NCBI RefSeq assembly: GCF_006345805.1
Contig: NW_021832596.1
Span: 43,733-107,732 of the forward strand
Reading direction: 5' to 3'
Origin: Octopus sinensis
Taxonomy: Eukaryota
Length of the DNA stretch: 64,000 nucleotides
The notes below the pieces were generated by a model. The model searched no databases. It had not been told where the DNA came from and saw nothing but the letters and a program-made list of their open reading frames with translations. Within the stretch, counting starts at the first letter, position 1; each line of letters begins with the position of its first letter. The translations under genes were made by a program, and so were the position numbers. Below are positions 22,810 through 34,769 of the stretch, one piece after another.

Positions 22810-24860
22810 TTATCATATGGGTCCCAGGATGCCAGCAAGAATTTCCTGAAGTGCAAACAGGGTCCAAACCCTTCCATTCAGGAGTTAAGGATGTTCCCTT
22901 GGTCAATGGAGTCCTTTAATATACCCACCCATTTGGCTATGCAGTTTACAACACTTGGTTGCATTTATTTAGGGGCCTGGCTTCTCTAGGATTCTCAATG
23001 ATATTACATGCAGAATTACTTCATCTTTCAGCCACCATGGCTGGCTGATGACATAGTGTGTCTCCTTTCCAGTATCCTGAAAGAGGATCCGTGGTTGGAG
23101 AGGCAATGCTTGAACAAGTTACTGGAGCATCTGATGCATCTCTGTGTATAGCTGTTGACGATGTTGTATCTGCTGGTGTTGACGCTGTTGCTACTGCTGT
23201 TGTTATTGGTGCTGTTGGTGTTATTGGCACCATTAAATGTATTGATGGTGTTGGTGCTGTTACTGCTGGTGTAGGGGACCTCAGTGATGATGGTGCTGTT
23301 GATGGCGTTATAGTTGTCATCGATGGTATTGTTGGAGTTGATGTCGATGCTATCATGGTGAGTGGTGCTGTCACCGTTATTATAGTTATCATTTGTGATG
23401 GATCTGCTGCTATTTCTGTAAGGGATACTGTTATTGCTATTGTTGATGTTGTTATCACTGGCGGCAGTAGTGCTGCTGCTAATCCTGTTTGTGTTTCTAC
23501 TGCTGCTGTTATTGATACTGACATTCCTGCTACTGTAGTAGTCGTCATAGAAGCTGCTGCTACTAGGGTTGCCTAGTACATCATCTTCATAGATAGGTCC
23601 CTTGGTTTCACAATGGCTTCCCACTTGGCATCTGTTGTAGTCCCTGCATGAGCATCTCACATCCATCATGGCCTAGATGTGCTAATTAAAATGCTCTTAA
23701 TATTTATAGGGCAGCTAAAAGAGACCCTAAGGTTGTGCCTGTTGAAAATGCATCTGCATCTATGTGAATGTGTGAAGTGTTTATCTACTAGCCTATGGAA
23801 AATCCTACCTTCAGATGTAGGGAGAAGGAGTGGGGGAAAAAAACCAATGATATTTCCATGGTACTTCCTTCTGCGGGTATTAGAGCCCAGCATGTAGGAG
23901 ATGTGGTCCCGAAATCCACCAGCAGCTTGTGACTTGTTATAGTAGGAGCCTGCTGCATCAAAAATTTCTTGGCTAGAGGGAAGGTTCATGATTCTCTCAC
24001 TAATACCCTTTACTAGGTTTTTGAACACAATTGATGGATGACAGGAGACTGTTGATGTATGTCAGCCAATCACGTGGTTTGCAGTTGAACCTGTATCTAC
24101 TGAAGCTCAAGTTGAGCATGATGTCCAAGAAGTCTGCTGTGGTGATAGAAATTTTCAGTCCCATAGAGCCAAGGATGCTAATTAGATGTTTCCTAAGCCT
24201 GTTTAGAGTGTGGCCATGGGCTCCTCTAGTGATGGCCAGAGCGTCATCTCTGCAGAGACTAAAAAAGACAGAGGGAAGCTTCTTCTTAATAGTTTCTATG
24301 ATAGACAACTTGATGAGGTTGCATACATCAGCACAGTTACAGACTCCCATTGCAATGTCAAAGGAGCCTACAATGTCAGATTGCTTGACCCAGGTCAAAC
24401 TTTTATTGAGCAGTACTGTTTTCCTAGCATAATGACATCTGTGTCCCTGTCACTAATATCAGTGAAGCTCCTAGTAAAGGAAAGTACTTTGACCAGTAAC
24501 ACTTTTGATATAAACAGGTAAAATTAGATGAACCTTGCTTTGCCTCCCCCTTGTTGGTATTAAACCATGCAATCACTTCATTGGTGTTATGCCATAGGGA
24601 GAGGTTAGTGGCTCTCCTTATACTGTTGTTAATGTTCCTCAGTATGTAATTGCTTGCCAAACTGATCTTGGATTTTGCTGGGTTAATCAGGTGGCATTTA
24701 AGGATCGATGCAAAGTTTGGTTTATGGTTTGATGGTAGTAAAAGCTTTCTCTTTAGCTAAAATCTCTACCCCATCTGCTATATCTAAGTCGTTGACTAAT
24801 TGTTTGGCTTCACTGTTGATGTTGTTATATGTGTGTAGGCTCCTTTGACATTGCAATGGG
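22810..24860 (-). pseudogene. PLE reverse transcriptase plus GIY-YIG endonuclease (frameshifted)
   Basis: ORF-track pieces 24424-24660, 24000-24398, 23666-24028 and 23028-23669 are collinear with PLE RT, thumb and EN motifs. Confidence 0.9.
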
Positions 24861-24935
24861 AGCCTGTAACAGTGCTGATGTATGTTGTATGTGTGTCGTT
24901 GTATGAGAGTTGTTGTATGTGTGTGGGTAATCTAT

Positions 24936-24996
24936 GGGATTACCTTGGGTTTCACCTCCATAAAATGCTTAAATTTACAGTGTATCATCAAATCTC
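24936..24996 (-). ncRNA. Hammerhead-like motif of the 5' pLTR (core C3 changed to U)
   Basis: GAGAT-TTGATGA..GAAACCCAAGGTA-ATCCC. Confidence 0.55.
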
Positions 24997-25200
24997 AAAA
25001 CCTGTTGGCACATGACCTCTCTAGAAAATGGAGGAGAAAAGGACTTCGTTACTGTCAACAACAGGGGATTGTCTCCCTTTGGCTGTTATTGATAATCTCC
25101 AAAAGGAGACAATTACCTATTGTTGACAGTAATGAAGTCTTTTTCTCCTCCATTTTCTAGAAAAGTCACTTGTTACAGAGGCCATATGTCAACAGGTTTT

Positions 25201-25261
25201 GAGGTTTGATGATATGCTGTAAAGCTAAGCGCTTTATGGATGTGAAACCCAGGGTAATCCC
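25201..25261 (+). ncRNA. Hammerhead-like motif of the inverted pLTR (core C3 changed to U)
   Basis: GAGGT-TTGATGA(25206-12), GU-rich stem II, GAAA(25244-47), CCCAGGGTA-ATCCC; near-palindromic stem III ACCCAGGGT. Confidence 0.55.
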
Positions 25262-25291
25262 ATAGACTGACCTTATTTAACCTTATATATA

Positions 25292-25808
25292 TCTATATAT
25301 ATAAAACTGTAGTTGTGTGAGTGTCTGTCTCCTACGATTTAGATTCCTAACTCCTCCCACATTTTGCGGTGCAGTTTAACCAAATTCGGGTATCTTATAG
25401 TCGTGATTAATATCGAGCCCGTATGGCTATTAGCGCGTGTCTACGATGAGTCTACGATTTTAAAAATAATTTAACATCATTTTTTATTCCATTTTAATGC
25501 ATAATTTTTCGTGTGTCGATGGCGGTGGAGTTGGCGTCCACGCTCAAACACCTGCACCTGTGTTTGCTTCTCCCCCTTCTTCCCTCCCTCGTGAAGCTGT
25601 GGGGAAGGGAGTGTAAGGAAATCAACGTTGTAATGCGTTGTCAAGGAGACCAGCGTTCTTTTAGAACAACGACTTCATGGCTTGAAGACACCAAAACAGA
25701 AATGGCTAAGAAAGCCCGAATTGGCATCTATAAAGGAAGTAACTCTCTAAAAATGCTTATATAGTTATTTCCCTTACAAACCCGAGCAACACTGGGCGAT
25801 ACTGCTAG
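25292..25808 (+). mobile_element. Short non-autonomous Helitron
   Basis: A|TCTATATATATAAAA start; CCCGAGCAACACTGGGCGATACTGCTAG|T end; homologous to 354-748. Confidence 0.85.
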
Positions 25809-26728
25809 TATATATATAAAATATGAATTAGAGATAAAATCTGTAACTTTTTAAATGTATTTCATAAATATATTGTATTGATATTTATAATATTTATGTA
25901 AGTAATAATGGACTAATTAATTCATTTATCTTTCATTATATGTCTATATTTTTATTGATAGAGTAAATTTTAGCTTTTAATTACTATGTTTGTTGATTAT
26001 AATTTAGATACTTCCTTTTAAATATTTATAATTATTAGATTTGAACTTAAATTTAAAAATATGAATAGTGATTGTTTTGTTAAATAATTTGGTAATTAAA
26101 TATTGGACTATAACTGAGTTAAGGATATTCGAGAGTTTATTATGTTTTTTTTAAGCCATATTATATCTTCATAGATAAATACATAATTCTATTAATTTTT
26201 TACCTTAAAAATAAATATTTAACATAATAAATGGGCTGTATGAAATACTCCTAATGTTTTAAGTTTCTAATTTAGATAATGGAGTATTTTTAATGAGAAA
26301 AATTATTATTTTATTTATTTCTTAAAAAATATTGTTTAACTCTATTTGCTTATTTATTCACTATTATCATTAACCTGAAGATTGACTATAATTTTAGTTA
26401 GAATTTATTTCAATTGAATTTAAACTTAATTGCAATTCAAATTTAATTATAGCCATGAAATGTATGTAGTGTTTTTACTTATTATATTATATTTATCATT
26501 CTTTTATACTTTTTGAAAAAAAAATTATAAATATATATATTATATATTATATCAATTATATTTATATTATTTACATTATTTGTTATTTATGTATTGGTTT
26601 ATGTCTATCACTGTTTGAGTTGCATAATAGTGGTTTTATCTCTAATTCATATTTTATATATTTATACTGTGAAATTTGATTTAATACTAAATCAAATTTT
26701 CCCTATAAGTTTGGAGTTATACTCCCTA

Positions 26729-26753
26729 ATATTATTATTATTATTATTACTAC

Positions 26754-26789
<36 letters not shown>

Positions 26790-26836
26790 TATTATTATTA
26801 TTATTATTATTATTTTATTATTATTATTATTACTAC

Positions 26837-26880
<44 letters not shown>
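26729..26880. repeat. (ATT)n microsatellite
   Basis: Visible directly. Confidence 0.95.
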
Positions 26881-26885
<5 letters not shown>

Positions 26886-27005
26886 GAAACTAGTCTGTTA
26901 GAATATCTCTGTTCAAAATAGAAGCAGTATATGAACCAAAAGATAGATTTTATTGCCACTTGAACATGGGTGTTCTCTAAGAGGTGACGATCAATCTTGT
27001 TTTAA

Positions 27006-27483
27006 TCCCAGGAAGATATCTCGTCAGCTGGTTTATTCAGTATGCTTTCTGCACTCAATATTTATTGCAAGTGAGAGATAACTCCTGTCACCCTAGCTTT
27101 GAAACCACCAGACCACATGATTTCACTTTTATTGGATCTCTTCAGTTGTGGGCATTCATTTGCCAAGCATGGCAGTAGTTTAACCTCACTTAGAAGATAC
27201 AGAAAATACAGTTTCATACAATCTCTAATTTTGTAACTAGGAAGCTTGTAGTTACAAAATCAGTGATTGTATGACACTGTATTTTCTTTTCATTACAAGT
27301 GAAATTAAACAACTGCCATGCCTGGCAAATGAGTGCCCACCACTGAAGAGACCCAATAAGATCAAAATCATGTAGTCCGGTGGTCATGAAGCTAGGCTGG
27401 CAAGAGCTATTTCCCATTTGTAATAAATATCAAGTGTAGAAAGTGCACGGAATAAACCAGCTAGAGAAGATGTCTTCCTGGGG
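27006..27483. mobile_element. Fold-back MITE flanked by TTAA (piggyBac-type)
   Basis: TTAA at 27002-05 and 27484-87; termini TCCCAGGAAGATATC / GATGTCTTCCTGGGG. The whole element is an imperfect palindrome centred near 27245. Confidence 0.75.
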
Positions 27484-27639
27484 TTAAGGGGTTAAAATAG
27501 TAGTATTATCATCTCTTACTTAGAGAACACCCACATTAAAGTGGTGATAAACATTATACAGTAGAACTTTGTAGTATGTGTGGCCTATTGTATGAATAAT
27601 TTGCTTTACAATCCGAGGTTTGTGCAAATTTTTGTCTTG

Positions 27640-27800
27640 AAGTATGAGCAAAAATCTGCAGTACAAGCAAATTTCATACAATAACACTGCTCTGGCACAT
27701 TTCCATAACATTCTGAAAGGCAGGAAAAAGCAGACTTTTCTTGATATGTTTCTAATGAAATGAACTGCAAGTGTAAAAATGAAGAAAGTGTGTCCAAAAA
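27640..27800 (+). mobile_element. Tigger/pogo-like transposase C-terminal remnant
   Basis: ALAHFHNILKGRKKQTFLDMFLMK resembles Tigger C-termini. Confidence 0.45.
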
Positions 27801-28289
27801 GCCTAAATTAAGCCTAAGTGAGACAAAACGTCAGAAATTCTTCTTCCTGAAGTCTTAATGGAAGGACAATCTCCTTCCAAACATTAATCCTTCTCTTCTC
27901 CACTCTATCGTCTTCATCACGCACAAATTGTCCCATCTTTAAGGTAATTCTGTTAATAAAACCAATTTATATATTTCTTTTGCATTCTCTTTCATTGAGT
28001 TGGCAACTAAGTTCCCGCCTTTTTTTGTAATTTAAATTTTCTATTACTATATGTGTGTGTATGTGTGTGTATATATATAGAAAGAAAGGTTGAGAGAGAG
28101 AGAGACAGACAGACAGATAGACAGAGAGCAATGCCAATTGAAAACCTACCAAGTGACCACAAATCTATTTTCATATAATGTATAAAGTAAAAACAAACAT
28201 TTGTATTCAATTTTCATAATGAATTTTTCTGTTATTCAAATAACTGAACTACTCACTGAATTATATTGTAAGTGGTTGAGTATTCTACA

Positions 28290-28990
28290 GATTTGATTTG
28301 CAGTGATTTGCGTTGGACAAAACACATCGCTAAAATTGTCAAGAAGGCTGAGAGTGTCTTGGCATCACTCACCAAATCCTTTGTGAGCCGCTCTCCGACT
28401 ATCTATCTGCAGCTTTATATAGCTATAGTAAGACCTCACCTGGAATTTGCATCACTGGTCTGGAACCCCTATCTTGCCCAGGATATCAATCGTCTGGAAG
28501 CCGTTCAGCGACGTGCAACCAAAAGAATACCCTCCATCAGGCATTTGCCATATTCTGAACGCCTTACTTCCCTGGGCATGGACACATTGAAACTCCGATG
28601 TCTGGCAGCTGACTTGGCAGACACCCATAAAATTATCAACCATCTTACAAACAATAACTCTGAGCACCTTTTCAAACTCCACCCGTCTAACACCCGTGGA
28701 CATATTTACAAAGTCAGAAAACAGCACAGCTCCCATGACTTTAGGAAACATTTTTTCACGCAGAGAGTTGCTGAAGCATGGAACAAACTGCCGGCATCAG
28801 TTGTTAGTTGTCGGAGCACTGCATCCTTCAAAACTTCCATGCTTCCTGAGATTTGCTAACACTACACCTGATTTCCTCCCCTCCATACACACACAAGCAT
28901 ATATCTGACTCATACATTGTTTGCTTTCCAGATATTTATACATTACTGCATACACTTTATACGCACTTTCTGACAAGCTATGGTGCACTT
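28290..28990 (+). mobile_element. 5'-truncated CR1/L2-group LINE (ORF2 C-terminus and 3' UTR)
   Basis: LRWTKHI..LYIAIVRPHLEFASLVWNPY..LEAVQRRATK..TRGH..FFTQRVAEAWNKLP (ORF 28272-28859). Confidence 0.9.
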
Positions 28991-30661
28991 GAGCACAGTA
29001 TACAATAATTTCATTATTTATTATCATTATTATTATATGTATTCTTAGCATAATCTTTAAGCAGATTCAGCATACTGCAGAGTGACAAAGCTGACTTTTT
29101 GAATTACTAGTCCAGCCCTTCTGATGACCTTCCACACAGCTTCTGTCTATCCAGTTTCACTCTCAAAAATTTGGTGAACTTGAAACTATAGTAAAAGATG
29201 CTAGCCCAAGACTTCACACAGTAGCATTGAATATAGGAACTCATGATTTGGAAGGGAACTTTATAACCATTTGGCTATATTTTCTTCCATTCGTACATTA
29301 AAAACATGCACACACACACACACAAGCATGAACATAAACGCATAAACAGTGACTTTATTGTGACACTACAATTCTTACAATGACATTTTTTAAAGCAGCT
29401 ACAAATTTCTCATTTTCTGCCATTGTTTCAGTTAGATTATCTTGGAAACGTTGTAGCTGATAGCTACAAAATAGTTAATATTTTTATTCTGTTTTCTCCT
29501 TCCAAACTTTAGCTTTTCGACACATTATTTAAAAAAAACGACTTAAACCTCTCTATTTCTCCTTCCTGAGATGGTTTGGTAGTCATGGAAGATAGATATA
29601 TGAGACAGAATTCCATATATGATGTACAGGATGTAGATTATCTGGAAGCCCATCCTTTATTTTTAGTCATTATGACAACCGTTAACAGAGTATCATTTTT
29701 CTACAATGTTTAAATAAGCATAAAATAATAGAAAATTGTTTGAGATTATAAGTAGAGTGATGTGTATTGTTGGAATTTCCACACAATGACCTTGACTTAA
29801 GTAGATCAATTGAAACCATTATAAATTATATGGCTATGTGTCACCACTTCAACAATAATGAATTTGAACTTATATACAAAAAATAACTTGCTAGTTTTTG
29901 GATAAACCTCATATTTTACTACTAAGAATATCCACAATGTCCTAAATCAGACATGCACATGAGCTGTTTAAATTGTTTATTTATTTATATTCATTTATTT
30001 AGTGTACAAATCAATTTACTTTCTCAATTACTGAACTTTCAATGTTGGAGTGTTTGATATATTTGTTTGTTGTCTTGGTTTGGTAACCTTATTCAACCCT
30101 AACCTCTCAGCTACTATGTCCCTATAGTATACTGTCAACATTAATATTAGGAAATGATATCTAACTTTGAAAATGGCTACTCCAACAATTCTTCCAAATT
30201 GGCTCATCTAAAACCGAATAAACTCGAAGGCACATCAGACAGAAAATTTAAAGAAAAACAAAATCAACTTTTAAAGTATAAATCTTCATTAAATGTTAAG
30301 CTTTGTTTATAATATAACTAGTCAGTACATACGGATCTGGATGTGTCTGACGCCTTGTAATATCAGGATGTTTCAATATAAGTATGTGAAATAGGATAAG
30401 TAAATTAAGTCACAATCTAATGTATTGTATTCTCATTGCCAGCTGCTTTCCAAAGCTGAAGACCTAGCACACATATCCTGAAATAAAGCATCATTTTACA
30501 AAAGAGATACAGTTTTAATTTTCAATGGAAAGAAGTATTCAAACAAACCTATTATTTAATGTACATATACACACTTCGAAATTTTGTATTCGTTATTTGT
30601 TATATGAACAAATGTTTACCAGGAGAAAAATATTTTTAAAAATAAGAATGATCTATTAGGT

Positions 30662-31050
30662 GCAGGCATGGCTGTGTGGTAAGAAATTTGCTTCCCAACC
30701 ACATGGTTCTGGGTTCAGTCATGCTACATCGCACTTGGTCAGGTGCTTTCTACTATAGCCTTGGTCCGACAAAAGCCTTGTGAGTGGATTTTATAGATGG
30801 AAACTGAAGAATGGGTATGTGCCTTTGCTCTGAGTGTGTGTGTTTGTCTTCACCACTGATTGACAACTGGTGTTGGTTTGTTTACATCCCCATAACTTAG
30901 CAATTCAGCAAAAGTGACTGACAGAATAAGTAGCAGGCTTTAAAAGAAAACTTTAAGTACTGGGGTCAATTTCTTCAAATAAATCCTTCAAAGTAGTACC
31001 TCAGCAAGACCCCAGCCCAATGACTGAAACAAGCAAAAGCTAAATGATAA
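30662..31050 (+). mobile_element. tRNA-derived SINE
   Basis: Head GCAGGCATGGCTGTGTGGTAAG..GGGTTCAGTC; homologous to 10040-10445. Confidence 0.75.
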
Positions 31051-31789
31051 GAGGTATTAACATAATACTAATGATGATTGCTAACATAAGCACAATATCA
31101 ATTTAATTAGCATGCCTAATTATCGAAGGAAAAGTATAGAGAAGATAGAAATCAGATCAGTTATGAAGAATAGGTTAGAATATAAGGTGATCAACTAGAA
31201 AATAGGCTGTCTTTTGATTATAGAGTAGCATACGTAGGTTTTAAGCTATGGATGTAGGTATTGTATGCATGCATGCATGCATGTATGCATGTATGTATGT
31301 ATGTATGTATGTGTGCATACCTATATGTATAATATCTTTACATATATGTATATAAGCATGTACGTATATGTATGTGCACTTATTACCTGCTAAACTTCTT
31401 GATTATTTTGCATATTTTGATAGCGCTTTTGAATACTTGTAATCTCTTGATTAGGTGTGTTCTTTCTGACTTTATGTGCTTCCAAAACCATTGGTAGAAA
31501 TATAGAACCATAATCTGGACGGATTAAAAGCAGATTTCTCATCAATTCAACATGGGTTTGTTCTTTTTTTACTCATCTTTAATATTATGTTAACAACAAT
31601 GGCAAATACGATTGGAGTCTGGTGCAGTCCTTCAACTCACCAGTCCTGGTCAAACCGTCTATCTCATGCCAGCACAGACAACAGATGTTTAAATGATGAG
31701 GATAATGATGAACTACCAAATGACTTATTGCAAGTGTACATTAAATTCAGTCTGTTAAGTTGACACTTTGTTAGTCTATAAGAACATTC

Positions 31790-34690
31790 CATCAGTGTTC
31801 TTTCATATTTTGTTGGATTATGTTCTCCATATCTCAGTAGCTTCTTATATTTGTATCTTCAGGATTATCCTTTCTATAGATTTTTATTAATGATCTGGGT
31901 GGTTTACTTGCATCTGTATCCGTTTTGTGAATTTTATCCTCAAGTAGTTGTTATTTCTGATTCTAGTGTTGCAAAAGCATATCCATTAGAGTTATTCAAC
32001 TTCTCTGGGTGTGTATCCCTGATCATAGGTCAGGGAATACTTTCTGAAAAGCTCCTTTCAAACTATTATGATGTTATCTACCTCGTATATGTAGCCATGC
32101 TCCATAGCCAAATTTCAACATCTGGTGGTCAGTAGAAGCTGTTGAAGGGATATGATGTGACATTCAAATGCTGTTTAAATTGATGTCTCTGCTGCTTTAA
32201 TTTTATTTTAAGTAAAAGTAGTCTATGTCAGTTTTTTTTTATAAATTAACAATTTGGCGACTTTAGCCTCAATAATCCAGATCTTATCTAACATCTAGTT
32301 AAGAAGTCCAAATGTTGATATGCGTACCGGTACAGTTAGCATATTTGGGGTAATGATTTATTGTGCACATAAAATGCAGAGGACAATATTTTCTTTTGAC
32401 TGGCTTAATATTCCTGTATCTTTTGCATGAACGTCATAACCAGGCTAAGGCATTTCTTCATACCATTCATATTCTTGGTATATTCTATCAGATCATCCAC
32501 AAAGAAACAAATTGTTGGATTGGTTTTTTTCTAACTTCCTGTGAGCCAATTTGCATAACCATCAAATTTCCTTCAGGTAAGTGACAAGTTGATTATTGAG
32601 AGGCTCTAATCTTGCAATATATCTCAATAGGGCCACTTCCTTGGGGGTCAATGTAATCAACTTCAGAATTGTGACCCAGAATAAAGTTAGGTTCTTTATG
32701 ACCTTAATAATAGTATCTGAAACTTTAACAAGGTGAAGGGATTCTAGCATCTATGAGTTGAGAACAGAATTGAATGTTTCTTGAAATCTAGCCAGAATAT
32801 GACCAAGTTCACTACATATTTGATATCATAATAATCAAGAGCTGTTTGACACTTCCCAAATTCTTTCTTCTCAGCTGCTTGTCCAGCTGTGATATTATAG
32901 CTACCAGAATTTCTTGAAAGCATAAGTTCAGGTAAGCTATATAGGTTTTATACATAAGATTCTGGCATGTAATTGGTTGGTAATTTTCACCATGCAAGTA
33001 GCATTGCTTTTGGATGTCAGTTTTGTTTTGTCTCTACCACTGAGAGCTTACAAGTAAACATCAATGGAATTCTTCTGACAGAAGTTCAGTTTTTTTGTAC
33101 TAGTCTCTGATAACTGGGTCCTTCCTGATGCTTCCCTATCCTGAAGCTTTTGAATAACCATGTTGAAAGTCTCATTTTTGATGTTGTATTCCTTTTGTCT
33201 AATACAGAGACAATATTTGTTTCAGATTTCTTCTAACCACTCTACACTCTTTGGATTAAACTCCTTTTCCTGACTCCAGATTTTTTTCCAGAATGACTCA
33301 TCTTCACAAGAAAGAAGCAATGTGACATTTATCCATTGTCCTCTCATATTTCTATAAACTGCTGACTAGTTTCAATTAAATTTCATGTTAATCTTTTTTA
33401 TTTCAACTGCTTTTTACTGATGCCAGAATTTTTCACTGACAACTTTTAGTTCCTATTTAAGGGCAATTAATTTGTATATAAATGTTCTCTCTTTTTATTA
33501 TCTCCGAACATTGTTTCTACTTTATTTTTCATTCTTTGCTAGATGTAAGTGTAGTATTTGTTTGCATGTGATACACAATGCCCCTTAACTGATAGTTCTC
33601 CATAAATCAACCATCCTTTTATTTTCTTCCCAAATCCTTTAATTTTTCAGTATGTCTAAGGTGCTACATTGCAGTTGTTGAGAGGGTATATAAACAAGTA
33701 ATAATTTGCCAAAATAAGAGCTCTTTACACTTTATTAATATTCTCCCTTGATTATTTTTAAGCACCATTAGAATTAATGCTTTTTTTATTTATGTTAGTT
33801 AGATAAGATCTTTTCTGAAGGTGGAGTATTAAGAAATGAAGTAATTCTCTCTTGAGAGATTTCACAGAGACAACATTGCAAGTGTCTATACTCCTTACTC
33901 TTCCAGCTCAGTATATTTTTCATCCTCAATGTTGTTATTAGGTTTTCTGACAGCATATTGAGGACAGTCAGTTTGGGTAAATAATAGTATATTGGTAGTA
34001 GAATGGTGAACCTGACTCTTAGGGCAGCATAGTTGTAGTAGAGGCCTGGTTTGTTACTGAATGCACGCCTGATGTGGGAGAATATCCAAATGGTGTTATT
34101 TGTACAGTGTTTACATTTTGAGGAAAAAAATTATACTCGTAATTTTTCAGAAAAAAATGACTGTAAACAAATACCTGTTTGCACTCAACAAAAATGTTCC
34201 TTGTTATCATAATTATTCTATTTGAAATAATTTAGTTCTGTACGAAGTTCATTGCAGTATGATTTCATTGTTTTCATATAGTCAAAAAGGATCTTCTTTT
34301 GCCATTTTAAGTAGATCATTATTAAGTTTTATAACTCCAAGTAGAATACGTTTTATTAATTATGATTCCTTCTGTAACAACAACTGAAAAGATTTTGTTT
34401 ACATCTCTCCATGTCCTGTTTCAGCTCTTCTTTAGTTACTTTTAATTTGTCATTTCTAGTGATGCTGTTTGTAATGGATTTCTGTGTGGTAAATTCAAGT
34501 TTAAAGTGAATTAAAGTGTGGTAAATTCAAGTTTAATGTGAATTAAACTACAACTGTGAATAAAATGTTTTTTCAGTGTATATAATCAGGAGAATAATGA
34601 ATCATTTAATGAGGCTGATAATTATGGCATTCATTTTGGTGAGAGTATTCATCATATATTTAGTGAATATTCTTTCTCCCAGGCCAATTG
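31790..34690 (-). mobile_element. Degenerate R4/Dong-like LINE, copy B
   Basis: ENYQPITCQNLMYK; WLDFKK; FFVDDL (RT catalytic motif, ~32490); GYAFAT..SEITT. Confidence 0.65.
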
Positions 34691-34769
34691 TGCAACAGCT
34701 CTCAGCAAGTATTGTGTGCGTGCGCACGTGTGTGTGTGTCTGTGTAAGCATGTATATATGTATATATGT

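Larger units (their letters stand above)
22385..25266 (-). mobile_element. Near-complete Penelope-like element: inverted pLTR + 5' pLTR + RT-GIY-YIG ORF + 3' pLTR
   Basis: pLTR copies at ~22385-22795 (-), 24931-25082 (-) and 25099-25266 (+). ORF pieces: WHNTNEVIAWF, TWVKQ..GSFDIAMG, SLCRDDALAI (YRDD-equivalent), DFLDIMLNL, CSCRDYNRC, CLHFRKFLLASW. Confidence 0.92.

Noticed and set aside
23058-23576. Long overlapping ORFs (Val/Ala/Gly-rich on +, Thr-rich on -) suggesting a mucin or antifreeze-like gene
   Set aside because: Alternative frames of the low-complexity PLE insert; stop-free because of triplet composition.
25830-26730. Possible mitochondrial insertion (very AT-rich)
   Set aside because: No recognisable mitochondrial protein, tRNA or rRNA motif by eye.
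26594-26887. Poly-Leu/poly-Tyr ORF
   Set aside because: Translation of the (ATT)n microsatellite.
30331-30478. Minus-strand segment between TTTCAG and GTATGT
   Set aside because: Stops in all three frames and no supporting neighbour exon.
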